From NCBI GenBank assembly GCA_045046875.1, contig JASFYY010000055.1:1-64000 (forward strand): a stretch of 64,000 nucleotides of DNA, written 5' to 3'. The stretch comes from Verrucomicrobiota bacterium. Its GTDB lineage: Bacteria; Verrucomicrobiota; Verrucomicrobiia; Verrucomicrobiales; DEV007. The position numbers were made by a program, and so were the translations under genes. Shown piece by piece: positions 28,333 to 38,166 of the stretch; the first letter of the stretch is position 1; each line of letters begins with the position of its first letter. Under the pieces are notes generated by a model. It was not told the origin of the DNA. It saw only the letters and a list, made by a program, of their open reading frames with translations, and did not search any database.

Positions 28333-28608
28333 TTACGCTCCAAGCTCTTCTTGTAGTTGATCGATTTGGGACAGGAATTCATCGCGAGCAGGAACCTTAC
28401 GATTTTTTAATACAGGAACACCGAATTCATCGATAAGGTAGATTTTGGCTTCTTCAGGGCTGAGTTGAATAGGTTCATGAGAGTGGGGACTCGGCATGAT
28501 TTTTTCCAACCCGTCGATGACGAGTTGTTTTAACGTGATTTGGCGTTGAGCGCTCACTACCTTGGCTTGATGAAACAAGGCGTCGGGGAGTTCAATAGTG
28601 GTTTTCAT
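28333..28608 (-). CDS. Antitoxin (VapB-like, RHH N-terminus)
   Basis: MKTTIELPDALFHQAK; ends 3 bp before vapC. Confidence 0.82.
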   Translation of the reverse strand: MKTTIELPDALFHQAKVVSAQRQITLKQLVIDGLEKIMPSPHSHEPIQLSPEEAKIYLIDEFGVPVLKNRKVPARDEFLSQIDQLQEELGA

Positions 28609-28626
28609 GACTGTGAATATTAGTAT

Positions 28627-28642
28627 ACCCATAAATATGGGT
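28627..28642. promoter_or_regulatory. Probable vapBC autoregulatory operator
   Basis: acccata-aa-tatgggt perfect inverted repeat about 20 bp upstream of the antitoxin start. Confidence 0.5.
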
Positions 28643-28669
28643 CGATAGCTTCGGTGAGTCAAGAGGGAG

Positions 28670-31528
28670 TTATTTTCGCGAGAGGTGGGTGAGGGTGTGT
28701 TCGATGGTGTTGAGTATGCCTTCGAGGTGACTGCTGATGTCTTCTGCCAGGAAGCGTAGGATGAAATAATTGGATTCCTGCAGCAGAGCATCTTTGCGGC
28801 GATCGCGGCGGTAGGCTTCGCTGCTATCGAGATGTTGATGGCCGTCGAGTTCGATCACTAGTTGATATTTTTCGCATAAAAAGTCGACTTCCATCTGGCT
28901 GGTTTGGTCGAAGGGAATACTTAGTTGGGCATTGAGTTGGAATAGGTCGGTGGTACCGGGCAGGGATTGCAGGCGTTGATAAAGGAAGGCTTCGGAGGCG
29001 CTGCGCGCGCGTTTGGCTCCGGTGGCATCTGGCTCGGGTTTTTGGGTGGCGTGAAGGAATGCGCGTGCGAGGGGAGGATCGATACCGTCACGGATCAGGC
29101 GTTGTACGCTGGCGCTGTAGTCGTTTTTCCATTGGGCATCGAGCGGTAGAGGTACGTCGGTGGGCCAACCGGGTAGAGCGCTGGCGGGTAGTAGGAGGGT
29201 ATAACCGACGGCTTCATAACCTTGGCATCGACGGTCGAACATGCGCGATAACATCGGCACATCGAGATCGGCGTAATCATAGACACGCACTTCTTTTTTG
29301 TCATGGTGCAGTCGGTGCAGGCGACCGACGTATTGGGCGATGGTGCCGCGCCAGGAAACGGGTAAGGTGAGAAACAGGGTGTCGAGGCATGGATCGTCGA
29401 AACCTTCGCCGACAAAACGTCCGGTGGCGATGATGACACGGGAGCTTAGCTCGTTGGTTTCTTCAAGAGTGGCGAGGGATGCCGTCAGGGCTTTTTTGCC
29501 CATGCCGCCTCGCAGGGTGATGACGTGTTTGATGTAGGGGCGTAGCTGGTCGGCAAGCGTTTCGAGATGTTGGGTGCGCTCGGTGAGCACTAGTGGGGAT
29601 CTGCCGTCTCGAACAGCGGCGATCACGTCGTTGCAAATGAGTTGGTTGCGAGCTTCGTTGATTAAAAGTTCGCTGTAGAGTTGTTGGAACTGGATGCGTT
29701 GATCCGGATCGGAGGGGGCGCTTGGTCGGAAGCCTGTGGGGCGGACGATGACTTGGTGGTTGAAGGGGCGGGTGGCGGCTTGCTCGCGGGCATTGACTCG
29801 GTAGCGAATAGGGCCGCATTGCATGAATACGATGGGGTGGTGACCGTCTTTGCGAATAACGGTGGCGGAGAGCCCGAGGATATAGCGGGCTTTGCTACGT
29901 CGAATGGCGAGTTCAAAACTGCGGGCGGAGATGTGGTGGCATTCGTCGACGATAACGTGACCGTAATCGGCTACCCGGTCATCTACGACGCCTTTGCGCA
30001 CGAGGCTTTGGATCAGAGCGACATCTAGGTTTCCGGTCATATTTTTGCGACCGCCGCCCAGTCGGCCTATTTTTTTGGGATCGATATTGAGGAACTGGGA
30101 GAGGCGCTCTACCCACTGCTCTTGTAGTTGCTGGCGATGCACCAGGATGAGGGTATTGACGCCGCGTTGGGCGATCATCCAGGCGGCCAATACGGTTTTA
30201 CCAAAAGCGGTGGTGGCTGCCAGAACCCCGGTGTCGTGTCGCAGCATGGCAGCGGCGGCTTTTTCTTGATCGGGACGCAGTTTGCCTTGGAAGGTGAGTT
30301 TGAGTTTTTCACCTTTGAACTGTTTGTTTTGAATGCGGGGTTTGATTTTTAATTTTTTGAGCAGCTTACGCAAATCATCGAGGCATCCACGCGGTAGGGC
30401 GAGATGTTGGGAGTGGTCTTCGGCGCAGTCGATGATGCGGGGTTTGTCGTAGGTGGGCAGGCGCATGGCCTGGGCGCGATAGAATTCGGGGTTTTGGAAG
30501 GCGGCCAGCCGAATGAGTCGATTGAGCAGGGGCGGTGGTAGATTTTCTTTGGGAATGTAGAGTTGATCGGCGAGCACGATTTTGAGTTGATCGGGAAGCG
30601 TTGCATTGATGACGGTCTCTTTGTATTTTCTCGAGGGCAAGGCAGTCCACGGTTGGGCGTCATCTTCATCGCTGGAGGCGAAGCGGACGCCGATGATGCT
30701 GCCGCGTTTGCTCGCTTCGTCAGTGAGTTGATTCACCTCATCAGGTGAGATTTTTTTTATCGAATTAAGAAAGACCCACTGATCGACGTGAGGCTTGAGA
30801 TTTTGATCAACAAAGACGCTGTTGTCCTGTTCACGGGCTTTGCCTTGTAGCGGCAGAGCAATGAGATTACCAAAGCCTCCTTTGGGTAAGGTGTCTTGAT
30901 TGGGAAATAGCCGGTCATACGAGCGCAGGCCGATGCCGGGATGTTGCTCCATGGTGTGGGTCAAAAGGTAGGAGCCGAGTTGGCGGGCTTTGATGGCGGG
31001 CAGGGCTTCGGAAAAGAAAAGCCAAACGTGGGCACCATTGCCGGAGCGGGAGCGTTCGAGAGCGCAGGGGATTTTGGCTTGTTCGCAGGTGGCGACAAAA
31101 GCGAGAGCGTCTTCCTGCCAGCAGTCGCGGTCAAAATCGACGGCGAGAAAGTAGCAGCAGTCGTCGAGCAGCATGGGATAAAGGCCGATGACAAAATCAT
31201 GACCCTGTGGATCGTGGCCGGACAGATGTGAGTAGATTACTTCGTCGGTGACGGGAAGGAAGCTGCGGTTGGTGCAATCAAAACATTTGATCCGGGGTTT
31301 GTCGCAAAGTAGGCGCACCCATTCGTTGGCGCAGGCGGGTTGGTAGCCGGAGCGTCCGGTGCGCTGGCTCTCGAAACGTAGAGGATAGACATCGCTGCGA
31401 CCTTTGAAGAGAGAGCGGAAGAGCTCGACCTTATCGTAGGCGGGGGAGTGGTGGTTTAGTGAGGCGGGTGTGGTTGTAGGGAGTTGGAAGGGAAGGACGT
31501 TGTCGTCGGATGAGCTTGTCTTATCCAT
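28670..31528 (-). CDS. AEP primase (TOTE-type)-SF2 helicase-DUF559/Vsr-like nuclease fusion
   Basis: AEP motifs AVDFD, SRSGNGAHVW, DRLFPNQ, GNLIALP; helicase motifs TTAFGKT, DECHH, SAT, QYVGRLHR; C-terminal VDFLC...IELDGHQH...RDRRKD...ILRF. Confidence 0.85.
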   Translation of the reverse strand: MDKTSSSDDNVLPFQLPTTTPASLNHHSPAYDKVELFRSLFKGRSDVYPLRFESQRTGRSGYQPACANEWVRLLCDKPRIKCFDCTNRSFLPVTDEVIYSHLSGHDPQGHDFVIGLYPMLLDDCCYFLAVDFDRDCWQEDALAFVATCEQAKIPCALERSRSGNGAHVWLFFSEALPAIKARQLGSYLLTHTMEQHPGIGLRSYDRLFPNQDTLPKGGFGNLIALPLQGKAREQDNSVFVDQNLKPHVDQWVFLNSIKKISPDEVNQLTDEASKRGSIIGVRFASSDEDDAQPWTALPSRKYKETVINATLPDQLKIVLADQLYIPKENLPPPLLNRLIRLAAFQNPEFYRAQAMRLPTYDKPRIIDCAEDHSQHLALPRGCLDDLRKLLKKLKIKPRIQNKQFKGEKLKLTFQGKLRPDQEKAAAAMLRHDTGVLAATTAFGKTVLAAWMIAQRGVNTLILVHRQQLQEQWVERLSQFLNIDPKKIGRLGGGRKNMTGNLDVALIQSLVRKGVVDDRVADYGHVIVDECHHISARSFELAIRRSKARYILGLSATVIRKDGHHPIVFMQCGPIRYRVNAREQAATRPFNHQVIVRPTGFRPSAPSDPDQRIQFQQLYSELLINEARNQLICNDVIAAVRDGRSPLVLTERTQHLETLADQLRPYIKHVITLRGGMGKKALTASLATLEETNELSSRVIIATGRFVGEGFDDPCLDTLFLTLPVSWRGTIAQYVGRLHRLHHDKKEVRVYDYADLDVPMLSRMFDRRCQGYEAVGYTLLLPASALPGWPTDVPLPLDAQWKNDYSASVQRLIRDGIDPPLARAFLHATQKPEPDATGAKRARSASEAFLYQRLQSLPGTTDLFQLNAQLSIPFDQTSQMEVDFLCEKYQLVIELDGHQHLDSSEAYRRDRRKDALLQESNYFILRFLAEDISSHLEGILNTIEHTLTHLSRK

Positions 31529-31543
31529 GATAGTATTGGTGAA

Positions 31544-31804
31544 TCATGCATTATCGGCGAGGCGAATATCCGTTACTTTTACTTCGCACGCCGCGTGGTC
31601 TGTCCAATAGCTGATCGCGTATTTTCCGATTAGCTTAATCTCAATCCGACGTTGACTGTTGTCTTGCTCAGAATAATCACCTTCTTGAAAAGGGTTTGTT
31701 GCCAATGATTCAATGAAACTCGCAAGCGAGAACTGTATTAGGGAATTTACTGATCTCAAAGTGTTGGCTGCTTCGAGGCTCAGGAATGTTTTGTAAGAGT
31801 CCAC
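31544..31804 (-). CDS. Putative RelE/ParE-like toxin
   Basis: 86 aa, GTG start with GAGGAG RBS, LATNPF, YAISYW and VKVTDIR pattern; follows a small antitoxin-like gene. Confidence 0.55.
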   Translation of the reverse strand: MDSYKTFLSLEAANTLRSVNSLIQFSLASFIESLATNPFQEGDYSEQDNSQRRIEIKLIGKYAISYWTDHAACEVKVTDIRLADNA

Positions 31805-31810
31805 CTCCTC

Positions 31811-32014
31811 TTACTTGGGTTCTTCAAAATCAAAATCAGACTTGATATCATCCCACGAAATCCAATTTGAAGGGTTTTTATCGTTAAGGCGTTGTTGTAT
31901 TTCCTTTAGTGTGCCATCTCTTTTCATGCGTAGAGCTGTTAGGAACGCGGCAATCTGATCTTGTTGCGTTTCTGGCAGAGTTTTGATCTCTTGTTGAAGG
32001 CTTGTCAGGTTCAT
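31811..32014 (-). CDS. Putative addiction-module antitoxin
   Basis: 67 aa, IKTLPETQQDQIA...EIQQRL...ISWDDIK pattern typical of addiction-module components. Confidence 0.55.
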   Translation of the reverse strand: MNLTSLQQEIKTLPETQQDQIAAFLTALRMKRDGTLKEIQQRLNDKNPSNWISWDDIKSDFDFEEPK

Positions 32015-32162
32015 CTCAACATAATATATCGTTTTTGCCCGATAGGGCAAGTATCGAGTGGTTTGCACTTTTAAAAGTGGGTGATTTTAGGATTTGACCA
32101 AATGGGGGCTTGCTATCACCGTAGCGCTCGCTTTTGAACAAGGAGTTACCCGCAATAGAACC

Positions 32163-32678
32163 ATGACTGACCAGACCATCATACCGCGCCATACGATCTC
32201 AGTGCTTGTAGAAAACAAGTTTGGAGTGTTGGCGCGTGTCGCGGGCATGTTCAGTGGCCGTGGTTATAATATCCACTCTTTGAATGTGGCTCCGAGCCAC
32301 GACCCCGGGCTGTCACGGATGACGATCACGGTGCGTGAGCGGGAGGACAAACTCGACCAGATCATCAAACAATTGCACAAATTGGTCGATTCGCTTGAGG
32401 TGGTGGATTTTCGTGAGGGAGATCATGTGTTTCGTGAGTTGGTATTGATCCGGATCAAGGCGGACAAGGAGACTCGTCCCGCGATCATCGAAATGTGCGA
32501 TATTTTCCGGGCAAAGATCGTTGATGTCAGTCCTGACAAAATCACCGTCGAGGTGACCGGCAATGAAAGTAAGATCAACAAATTCATCGCTTTGATGGAG
32601 GATTACGAAATCCTTGATCTCACTAGAACGGGAAAAATTGTATTGCCGCGGGCGAGTCAGGAACGTGTGGGGGAATAA
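32163..32678 (+). CDS. ilvN: Acetolactate synthase small (regulatory) subunit
   Basis: HTISVLVENKFGVLARVAGMFSGRGYNI, SRMTI, RELVLI, RTG. Confidence 0.95.
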   Translation: MTDQTIIPRHTISVLVENKFGVLARVAGMFSGRGYNIHSLNVAPSHDPGLSRMTITVREREDKLDQIIKQLHKLVDSLEVVDFREGDHVFRELVLIRIKADKETRPAIIEMCDIFRAKIVDVSPDKITVEVTGNESKINKFIALMEDYEILDLTRTGKIVLPRASQERVGE

Positions 32679-32836
32679 ATCCAGTAGGGAGAGGGTGAGC
32701 TTGTGCCACCCAGCAGGCAACAGTTATTTCAACGGACAGATTACCAGAGGCTGAGTTGGCTTCGATCTGAGTGGGCAGCGAGTTTTTTGATGATTCTATC
32801 GGGCTTTTGTAATCAATAGCTTAGGATACTAAAACG

Positions 32837-33592
32837 ATGAAAAAAAACGGATACGCATTGTTTGATCTAGACCACACCTTGTTGCCTTTTGATACTCAGG
32901 TGCTGTTCTGCAATTTTGTGTTGCAGCGTCAAGCCCGTCGGCGGCGACTGTATGTGTTTCTGTTTGCGCTGTTTTTGCCTTTAGCTTTGTTGCGGATTAG
33001 CAGTTTACGCAAGATGAAGCGGGTATTTTCATCTTATCTCTGGAGGCTGCCTGAGCAGCGCTTGAGGCAGTTAGCGCGGGAATTTGCCGAGCAAGAGGTG
33101 CCAAGGGTGGTTTACCCGGAAGTATTGGCTGAGTTAAAAAAACATCAGCAGGCGGGACGGGTGACCATTTTGAATAGTGCGAGTCCCGATGTTTATGCTA
33201 AAGAAATTGCCCGAGTGCTGGGCTTTGATCACTGTGTGGCCACACGCTTGCGGATCGAAGACCCGATGCCTTTGATTCCACACATTGATGGTCCGAATAA
33301 TAAACATGGTGCAAAAATTCCACCGATGATCGAGCGGGGGATGTTGCCTGATGGTTTTGATCCAGAGCGAGGAGATCAATTGCCGGATAGTTACGGGTAT
33401 TCCGATAGCAGAGCAGATGTGCCTCTGCTTAGTATTTGTGAGAAGGGTATTATGATTCATCCGAGTGAAGCTTATGCCGAGATCGGCAAAGAGCGTGGAT
33501 GGACGACGATGGTGCCGCAGCAGCCTTACGCGGGAAAGTGGGGTGGACGTTGGGCGTCGATTCAGCAGGCGCTGGGGATTTATCAAGTGTGA
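32837..33592 (+). CDS. HAD-IB family hydrolase
   Basis: FDLDHTL, NSAS, K in NNKHGAK, YSDSRAD. Confidence 0.85.
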   Translation: MKKNGYALFDLDHTLLPFDTQVLFCNFVLQRQARRRRLYVFLFALFLPLALLRISSLRKMKRVFSSYLWRLPEQRLRQLAREFAEQEVPRVVYPEVLAELKKHQQAGRVTILNSASPDVYAKEIARVLGFDHCVATRLRIEDPMPLIPHIDGPNNKHGAKIPPMIERGMLPDGFDPERGDQLPDSYGYSDSRADVPLLSICEKGIMIHPSEAYAEIGKERGWTTMVPQQPYAGKWGGRWASIQQALGIYQV

Positions 33593-33610
33593 TGACTTCT
33601 TCTACTTTGT

Positions 33611-33781
33611 TTAAGAGGCCAGCTTGTCGCGGATTTCTTCCAGCGTGAATCGCTTCTCTTGCAGCTGGATGATTCGTTTTGTTTGCTGTGCCATGGCGGG
33701 GGAATAAAGTTGGTAGTTTGCTTCGGTGATTTCTGCCACTTCGAGTGAGTGCTTTTTTTGCGTCAGAATTTTATCAGTCAT
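33611..33781 (-). pseudogene. 56-aa ORF resembling the C-terminal half of a MerR-type DNA-binding protein
   Basis: Below the ORF-track cutoff; manual translation MTDKILTQKKHSLEVAEITEANYQLYSPAMAQQTKRIIQLQEKRFTLEEIRDKLAS. Confidence 0.5.
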
Positions 33782-34064
33782 TTCGTAAAACCATAAACTG
33801 TAACCTTACGGTTTACAGTTTGTTTGATTGGTTTCGGAATTATCATGGAAGGCAGGTGATCTAGTTTAAATTCTCATGGTTAGAGCAGAGAAATTTAAAT
33901 ATTGGGGTGTTAAAAACAGGGAGGATGTTGAGGGGGAATGGATGTGATAGGGCACAAAGGCGCGGGGGGGCGCTGTGTCACTGAGGCTTTGCCGGACAGG
34001 AGCCGAAGACAGACGGTAGTCAATGTCCGCTACTAAAGGCGAGTTGATGCCATTCAGGTTTCGC

Positions 34065-34086
34065 CGGACAGGAATGTCCGCCCTCC
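34065..34086. repeat. REP-like hairpin (cggacaGGAAtgtccg-ccctcc)
   Basis: Short GC-rich palindrome with a GGAG foot on the minus strand; degenerate copy near 34015-34033. Confidence 0.55.
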
Positions 34087-34095
34087 TGTATGAGC

Positions 34096-34131
34096 AAAAA
34101 ATAGCCCCATGCACCAAGTGCATGGGGCTAT
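34096..34131 (-). terminator. Rho-independent terminator of ilvC
   Basis: atagccccatgcac-caa-gtgcatggggctat 14-bp stem plus T tract on the minus strand. Confidence 0.85.
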
Positions 34132-34162
34132 GAAAGTTAAAGGTAAGTCTTTAACTTTTTAA

Positions 34163-35644
34163 TTAAGCTTGTGCGGTGGCGATGGGCTTCATGGCGGTCA
34201 TGTAGCCTCGTAGCTCGGCACCAATGATTTCAACCGGGTGGCTGTAAATCGCCTGGTTGACTTCGGTCAGGCGGCTGTTGTCCACTTGGTTGTCTCCGGT
34301 ATTGAAGGCGGTGCCGATCACGCTGGTATCCACTTTGTTCATGAAGTCTTCGAGTAAAGGCACGCAGGCGTGGTTGAAAAGGTAACAACCATATTCAGCC
34401 GTGTCTGAAATAACCGCGTTCATTTCATACAATTTTTTGCGTGAAATCAAATTGGCGATCAATGGGGTTTCGTGCAGAGACTCATAATAAGCGCTGGCAT
34501 TGATGATGCCGGCAGCGGTCATGGTTTCAAAAGCAAGTTCGACACCGGCTTTGACCATAGCCACCATCAAAACACCATTTTCGAAATACTCTTGTTCGCT
34601 GATCGCCATGTCGCCGGCGCTTGATTTTTCAAAAGCTCCCTCGTTGGTCGCCTCGCGCCAGGTGAGCAGATCTTTGTCATCATTGGCCCAGTCTGCCATC
34701 ATGGTTTGAGAGAAGTGACCGGTCATGATGTCGTCCTGATGTTTTTCAAACAGCGGACGCATGATGTCTTTCAACTCTTCTGCCAAGTCGTAGGCTTTGA
34801 TTTTTGCTGGATTGCTGAGGCGATCCATCATGGTGCTGATGCCGCCAAGTTTTAAAGCTTCGGTCACGGTTTCCCAGCCGTATTGAACCAGCTTGGATGC
34901 ATAACCTGCATCAATGCCGCCAGCGATCATTTTGTTGTAACAGTGGATGGACCCTGTTTGCAGCATACCGCAGAGAATGGTTTGCTCGCCCATGAGATCG
35001 GACTTCACTTCAGCGACGAAGGATGATTGCAGGCAACCTGCCAAATGTCCGCCGGTACCAGCTGCGTAGGCTTTGGCAATTTCCCAGCCGTCACCGTTGG
35101 GATCGTTTTCGCGATGAACGGCGATCAAGGTAGGAACGCCAAAACCACGTTTGTATTCTTCACGCACTTCGGTGCCGGGTGACTTGGGAGCTACCATGAC
35201 GACGGTGAGGTCTTCACGAACCTGCATGCCTTCTTCAACAATGTTGAAACCATGTGAGTAGGACAGGCAAGCGCCGTTTTTCATCAAGGGAACCACGGCT
35301 CCAACCACTGCGCTGTGTTGTTTGTCCGGAGTCAAGTTGATCACCAAGTCGGCGGTGGGCAACATTTCTTCGTAGATACCAACAGTAAAACCGTTTTCGG
35401 TAGCGTTTTTCCAGCTCTGGCGTTTTTCTTCAATCGCCGCTGCACGCAAGGTGTAAGACACATCCAAACCCGAATCGCGCAGATTTAAACCTTGGTTCAA
35501 TCCCTGTGCGCCACAACCGACGATGACAATTTTTTTTCCTTTGAGCTTTTCGACGCCATTGAACTCGTCCAATTGCATGAAGCGGCATTTGCTGAGTTCT
35601 TCGAGTTGAAGACGAAGAGGAAGGGTGTTGAAATAATTAGCCAT
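34163..35644 (-). CDS. ilvC: Ketol-acid reductoisomerase, long (class II) form
   Basis: [36 protein letters not shown]; 493 aa with a duplicated C-terminal domain. Confidence 0.97.
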   Translation of the reverse strand: MANYFNTLPLRLQLEELSKCRFMQLDEFNGVEKLKGKKIVIVGCGAQGLNQGLNLRDSGLDVSYTLRAAAIEEKRQSWKNATENGFTVGIYEEMLPTADLVINLTPDKQHSAVVGAVVPLMKNGACLSYSHGFNIVEEGMQVREDLTVVMVAPKSPGTEVREEYKRGFGVPTLIAVHRENDPNGDGWEIAKAYAAGTGGHLAGCLQSSFVAEVKSDLMGEQTILCGMLQTGSIHCYNKMIAGGIDAGYASKLVQYGWETVTEALKLGGISTMMDRLSNPAKIKAYDLAEELKDIMRPLFEKHQDDIMTGHFSQTMMADWANDDKDLLTWREATNEGAFEKSSAGDMAISEQEYFENGVLMVAMVKAGVELAFETMTAAGIINASAYYESLHETPLIANLISRKKLYEMNAVISDTAEYGCYLFNHACVPLLEDFMNKVDTSVIGTAFNTGDNQVDNSRLTEVNQAIYSHPVEIIGAELRGYMTAMKPIATAQA

Positions 35645-35740
35645 GTGGTATTTTCCTGTTTTTGTTAATGATTAACTGTTGTGAGAAGCTCATCATAGAA
35701 GGTGTCTGTCTTGCGTAAAGTGATTTATTTGGCATACTGT

Positions 35741-35757
35741 ATTGCGTTTTTTGCAAT
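35741..35757. promoter_or_regulatory. Probable IlvY operator (LysR T-N11-A dyad)
   Basis: attgcg-ttttt-tgcaat between divergent ilvC and ilvY. Confidence 0.6.
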
Positions 35758-35776
35758 TAAGGTTAAACGTTCCAGT

Positions 35777-36679
35777 ATGGAGCTGGAGCAGTATCAGCAT
35801 TTTCTCGTTTTAGCGCAAACTTTGCATTATGGGCAAGCGGCGCAGAATTTGGGTGTGAGCGCATCTGCTCTCACGCGTTCGATTCAAAAAATTGAAGGCA
35901 CGCTGGGTCATTCGCTTTTTAATCGAGACAAACGCAGTGTGCGCTTGAGCCAGGCGGGTCACCTTTTTCGCGTGCATGCTCTAGAAGCGAGCAAAGGGTG
36001 GGCGGAGCTTAAAGATCATCTTGATCAGGAAAATGATTCACCAACGGGGGATTTGAAAATCTTTTGTTCCGTCACCGCTTGTTACAGTGTGTTGCCTGAT
36101 TTGCTGGCGCCGTTTCGGCGAGCCTATCCAGGGGTGCAAATTCACTTGCAGACAGGGGATGCGGCTGATGCGATGAGCAAGGTGCTCGATGGAGTCGCTG
36201 ACTTGACCATCACCGCGGTGCCGGATCAGTTGCCGAGCCGTTGCGTTTTTAATTCCATTCTTAAAACCCCATTGGTTTTCATTCATTCACCCAACGATCC
36301 TAATGCGGATCTATATAGAGATGGCCAAGCGCTTGATTGGTCGAAAATTCCGATGGTTCTGCCTGAGCGAGGTCTCGCTCGTGAGCGGATTGACGGCGGT
36401 TTTGCAGAGCTAGAGATTCGACCGAAAATTTACGCTGAGGTCAGTGGTCATGAAGCCATTTTGGCGATGGTTAATTTGGGTTTTGGAGTAGGTGTTGTCC
36501 CTGCTTTGGTGTTAGAAAAAAGCCCGTATCATAATACGCTTTCTATCCTGCCTTCGCCAAAATTTAGCAAGCCTCTCGCTGCTTATGATGTGGGGCTTTG
36601 TATGCTCAAGCGAGACATGACTCGCAGCCCCCTCAAGCAGTTTTGGGATTTGGTTTTATCTCTTGGGGCTGTTGAATAA
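35777..36679 (+). CDS. ilvY: LysR-family regulator IlvY
   Basis: LysR HTH; IFCSVTACYS, TGDAADAM, IYAEVSGHEAI; divergent from ilvC. Confidence 0.9.
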   Translation: MELEQYQHFLVLAQTLHYGQAAQNLGVSASALTRSIQKIEGTLGHSLFNRDKRSVRLSQAGHLFRVHALEASKGWAELKDHLDQENDSPTGDLKIFCSVTACYSVLPDLLAPFRRAYPGVQIHLQTGDAADAMSKVLDGVADLTITAVPDQLPSRCVFNSILKTPLVFIHSPNDPNADLYRDGQALDWSKIPMVLPERGLARERIDGGFAELEIRPKIYAEVSGHEAILAMVNLGFGVGVVPALVLEKSPYHNTLSILPSPKFSKPLAAYDVGLCMLKRDMTRSPLKQFWDLVLSLGAVE

Positions 36680-36686
36680 ATAGATT

Positions 36687-38129
36687 ATGAATCCCTGGCT
36701 TATTCGTTTGCAAAACGCCCAAGTAAGATTGGCTTCGGAAATCTTGCTGAAGAATACCAGTCTGCGCATTGATGCTGGGCAACACTGGGCGATTTTAGGA
36801 AACAACGGTTCGGGCAAGAGCACCTTGGCACGATTGTTGTCGGGTGAGTTGGCAGCGTGTGGGGGCACGGTTGATTATCAATGTGGTAAAAGTGCGGCAG
36901 ATGTTGCCATTGTTTCGCTTGAATCACAAAAAGCGCTCATCGACCATGATCGGCGTTTTAATAGTTCTGAAGAAGGGGACGGTAAGCCTGATAACGGTAG
37001 GTCGGTGCGTGAGGCGATTCTTGATGGGGGGGCAGATCAACAGGCTTTGCAGCATTGGCTTGAGGTATTTGGTTTGCAGAGTCTGCTCGATCAAGGGATC
37101 GGCACTTTATCAACTGGGGAGGGGCGGAAAATGATGTTATGTCGCGCATTGTTGAAATCGCCCAAGCTGCTGATTCTGGATGAGCCATATGCAGGGCTTG
37201 ATCAAGCCAGTCAGGTTGAACTTATCCGGATCCTCGCTGAAATTGCGGCAAAAGGTATATCGCTGGTACAGGTGGCATGCGCAGAAAACGAGTTGCTGGC
37301 TTGCATCAGTCATGTGGCTTTGCTCGAAAATAACCATCTTGTGCAAAGCGGCAAACGCAAAGAGGTGTTCGAGTCGAAAGCTTTTGTCGCCATTTCACAA
37401 ATCGATACTGATGAAAAATGGCAACTCCCAAAAGCGGGAGATGAAAATAAATCGCTGCGGTGGAATCAACAATGCCCTCTTATTGAGTTAAGTGATGTCA
37501 GTGTCACTTATGATGGAAAGATTGCTTTGCAGCCAACGAACCTGACCATTCGTCCCAAGGAACACTGGCAAATCGAAGGGCCTAACGGCGCAGGAAAAAC
37601 CACGCTGCTTTCGATGATCAGTGGCGACAATCCACAAAGTTACGCTAATGATGTCAAGTTGTTCGGCAGGCAACGTGGCAGTGGGGAAAGTCTGTGGGAT
37701 ATTCGACAGCGCATTGCTGTGGTTTCTGCGGTCTTTCAAATGGATTATCGTTTGCCGGTGAAAGGCCGTGATGTGGTGATCTCTGGTTTTTTTGATTCTA
37801 TCGGGCTTTACAAAAATTACACCGGGCAGCAGATGCAGATCGCCGATGAATGGTTGGCAGCACTTCATATTGAGGAGCTGGCAGAGAGTCGTTTCACTGA
37901 GTTGTCTTACGCTCAGCAACGCATGCTTTTACTCGCGCGTGCGATGGTGAAACACCCTACACTATTGCTCATCGATGAACCTTGTTTGGGGTTGGATGTT
38001 CCTAATACACGGCGCATTTTGAACTTACTGGATACGATTGCCAAGCAAACCCACACTCAGCTTATTTATGTTTGCCATGACCCTGAACAGCAACTGGATT
38101 GTATCACGCACAGGCTCACTTTGGCGTGA
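36687..38129 (+). CDS. modF: ModF-like double ABC ATPase
   Basis: Two ABC domains (GNNGSGKS, LSTGEGRK, LDEP; GPNGAGKT, LSYAQQR, IDEP); LFGRQRGSGESLWDI. Confidence 0.8.
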   Translation: MNPWLIRLQNAQVRLASEILLKNTSLRIDAGQHWAILGNNGSGKSTLARLLSGELAACGGTVDYQCGKSAADVAIVSLESQKALIDHDRRFNSSEEGDGKPDNGRSVREAILDGGADQQALQHWLEVFGLQSLLDQGIGTLSTGEGRKMMLCRALLKSPKLLILDEPYAGLDQASQVELIRILAEIAAKGISLVQVACAENELLACISHVALLENNHLVQSGKRKEVFESKAFVAISQIDTDEKWQLPKAGDENKSLRWNQQCPLIELSDVSVTYDGKIALQPTNLTIRPKEHWQIEGPNGAGKTTLLSMISGDNPQSYANDVKLFGRQRGSGESLWDIRQRIAVVSAVFQMDYRLPVKGRDVVISGFFDSIGLYKNYTGQQMQIADEWLAALHIEELAESRFTELSYAQQRMLLLARAMVKHPTLLLIDEPCLGLDVPNTRRILNLLDTIAKQTHTQLIYVCHDPEQQLDCITHRLTLA

Positions 38130-38166
38130 CCTGTTTAGTTTTTTGATTTAGAATGATTAGAAGTTT

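Noticed and set aside
32690..32780. Possible structured RNA after ilvN
   Set aside because: Only a degenerate inverted repeat; no recognisable riboswitch or ncRNA.
21146..38129. moaC, cysteine desulfurase and modF as a molybdenum cofactor cluster
   Set aside because: The genes are scattered across unrelated transcription units.
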